From NCBI GenBank assembly GCA_050949315.1, contig JBMNFL010000001.1, positions 608,001-672,000 on the forward strand: 64,000 nt of DNA, in the 5' to 3' direction. The position numbers and the translations under genes are program-made. The DNA comes from Bacilli bacterium (lineage in GTDB: Bacteria; Bacillota_I; Bacilli_A; RFN20; UBA1709). The notes below the pieces were generated by a model. It was given only the letters and a program-made list of their open reading frames with translations. It was not told where the DNA came from and ran no database searches. Below are positions 62,455 through 64,000 of the stretch, one piece after another. The stretch's first letter is position 1. Every line of letters starts with the position of its first letter.

Positions 62455-62482
62455 TAAAAAATTAAGACTGGGTGCCCAGTCT
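62455..62482 (-). terminator. Hairpin/terminator upstream of fabD
   Basis: AGACTGGG-TG-CCCAGTCT inverted repeat followed on minus by TAATTTTT. Confidence 0.55.
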
Positions 62483-62486
62483 ATAA

Positions 62487-63410
62487 TTATTCGTCATCAT
62501 CAAAATAGGCTGAAGCTTTAGCAATCTTGGTGATTTTTCCACCCGTTAAGATTACCATTTTAACCGCCTGCAAAGAAAAATCATCAACTTCGATCTCTAA
62601 AGGTTTATTTAAACTTCCTCGAGCCAATAATTTAACTGTCGAAACATTAGCTGCTACCAATTTATGCGATTTTAGACTCTCAAGATTGACAACATCGTGG
62701 GCTTTAAATTTTCTAGAAAGGGTATCGATGTTAACAATAGCTTTTTTACCGCTCCCTTTTTTATCTTCTTTTTTCCTATAAACAAACTTGACCACTTCTT
62801 CATTTGAGATAAGAGTATCAACCTCTGAGGCTTGAACTTCTTCTTTTAAACTTATTTTATTTTCCTGCGCTGGTTCAACTGCGATTGGTATTTCTTCTTG
62901 TTCAACCTCTTGAACTCTATCCACTGGTTTATAGGCTGAGAGACATTTAATTAAACCCGCCTCTTCTAATTTTTCTTGACTTTGATAAGGTAGTGAATAA
63001 TCTATATTTTGCTCCTTACCAAATACTAAACCATACTTAGCCACTACTAAATCAAAACACTTTTTGGCGTAACCAAGTTTTCTTGGACTTTTTATCCTAA
63101 TCATCAATGGGGTTTTAACAAATTTTTTGCCATTGACTCTTTCTAAACGATATTTTCTTTCAATACCCTCATCACTCTCATCTAAAGCAAAATAGGCCAC
63201 TAGTGTTTTCCCACGAATTCCTAGTTTAGCAACCGGTTTTCTATTACCCTTAATGGACTCATAATACCAGGCCATTTCCGCTCTAGTATTTTTATAAGAA
63301 AGCATATAATTTTTTATGCTGTTATAATACTCCATAGTTTGTTCATCAGCTTGAATTAGTTTAGCGGTCATGCTTTGACGACGGCTGGTTAAATTAACAT
63401 ATCTTCCCAT
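62487..63410 (-). CDS. Hypothetical protein with a C-terminal uL15-like domain
   Basis: 'IVNIDTL..V.LESL..VKLLARGSLNKPL.I....FS..A...I..GGK' matches the uL15 globular domain. Confidence 0.75.
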   Translation of the reverse strand: MGRYVNLTSRRQSMTAKLIQADEQTMEYYNSIKNYMLSYKNTRAEMAWYYESIKGNRKPVAKLGIRGKTLVAYFALDESDEGIERKYRLERVNGKKFVKTPLMIRIKSPRKLGYAKKCFDLVVAKYGLVFGKEQNIDYSLPYQSQEKLEEAGLIKCLSAYKPVDRVQEVEQEEIPIAVEPAQENKISLKEEVQASEVDTLISNEEVVKFVYRKKEDKKGSGKKAIVNIDTLSRKFKAHDVVNLESLKSHKLVAANVSTVKLLARGSLNKPLEIEVDDFSLQAVKMVILTGGKITKIAKASAYFDDDE

Positions 63411-63505
63411 CTTCTTTTTTCCTTTCTAAAATACTACCTGTATTATGTTAACACAATTGCCAATTAAAAGTTAAATTATTTTTGCCTTTTTGATTACTGT
63501 CTTTA

Positions 63506-64000
63506 TTATTTTTTAATCTGATACCAGCATTTGCTTTCCTTAATGCCACCATCTTTGATAATTCTTTGCCTATATATTTCTTGGGCGCTTAAAGGAAATT
63601 CACGGATAATTTCACAATCTTCATACATCGTATATTCCCCACCCCCAACAGCTCGATAATTATTCAAAGCTAAACTGAGTTTATCTGTAGCTTGAATGTC
63701 TTTTCCTTTAAACTTCATAGACGTTATTCTCTCACCTATTGGTTTGTTTATATCAATGACATAATCAAGGCCAACAAAGACATCGTAATTATAATATTCC
63801 ACTTTGGGTTTAAGGAAGGCTTCACCTACCTGATATTTTCCATCTTGTTTATCAAAAAAGGCGGCACAGCGCTCCAAAGCGGCCTTTAACTTTGCGCCCG
63901 TAACCGAAATCACCATAAAGGTGTTAGGATAGATAAAATTAGAAAAAATATCGCGCTGGGTGATAAGACCTTTAAAGCCTGGGGCTGAATTGTTCAAAGA
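63506..64000 (-). CDS. 5'-nucleotidase/metallophosphatase C-terminal domain (gene starts beyond the window)
   Basis: 'IYPNT', 'TGAKLKAALE', 'P.GERI', 'LALNNYRAVGGG.Y'. Confidence 0.85.
   Translation of the reverse strand, partial: SLNNSAPGFKGLITQRDIFSNFIYPNTFMVISVTGAKLKAALERCAAFFDKQDGKYQVGEAFLKPKVEYYNYDVFVGLDYVIDINKPIGERITSMKFKGKDIQATDKLSLALNNYRAVGGGEYTMYEDCEIIREFPLSAQEIYRQRIIKDGGIKESKCWYQIKK

Overview
Low-GC chromosomal window from a Bacillota (Bacilli) bacterium, probably a mollicute-adjacent anaerobic lineage; TGA is used as stop (code 11). It is mostly housekeeping. It holds one minus-strand rRNA operon (16S-23S-5S, no spacer tRNA), 7 tRNAs, gap-pgk-tpiA, gatCAB, rplM-rpsI, thyA-folA-plsC, ftsK, rnj, rarA, pdp, pgm, nfnAB and fabD. 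Accessory elements stand out in five places. (1) The 11.3-14.3 kb locus encodes a secreted 459-aa protein with a C-terminal hydrophobic hairpin, coupled to a membrane-anchored partner. A second partner paralog is preceded by an unannotated 26-codon ORF homologous to the last 20 residues of the large protein, which resembles a polymorphic toxin/immunity locus with an orphan module. (2) A complete 1120-bp IS481/IS1202-like element has 25-bp terminal inverted repeats and an exact 25-bp target duplication inside a terminator. (3) An AT-rich RhuM/HAD islet lies at the 3' end of tRNA-Gly. (4) Two zinc-ribbon membrane paralogs share an identical 50-nt 5' end. (5) Several proteins have odd architecture or degenerate active sites: a trypsin-like pseudo-protease, a degenerate PNP, a tandem DUF5677/HEPN-like protein, a uL15-domain fusion and an MMPL with ~80-aa repeats. 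All family calls are from motif recognition by eye; no searches were run.
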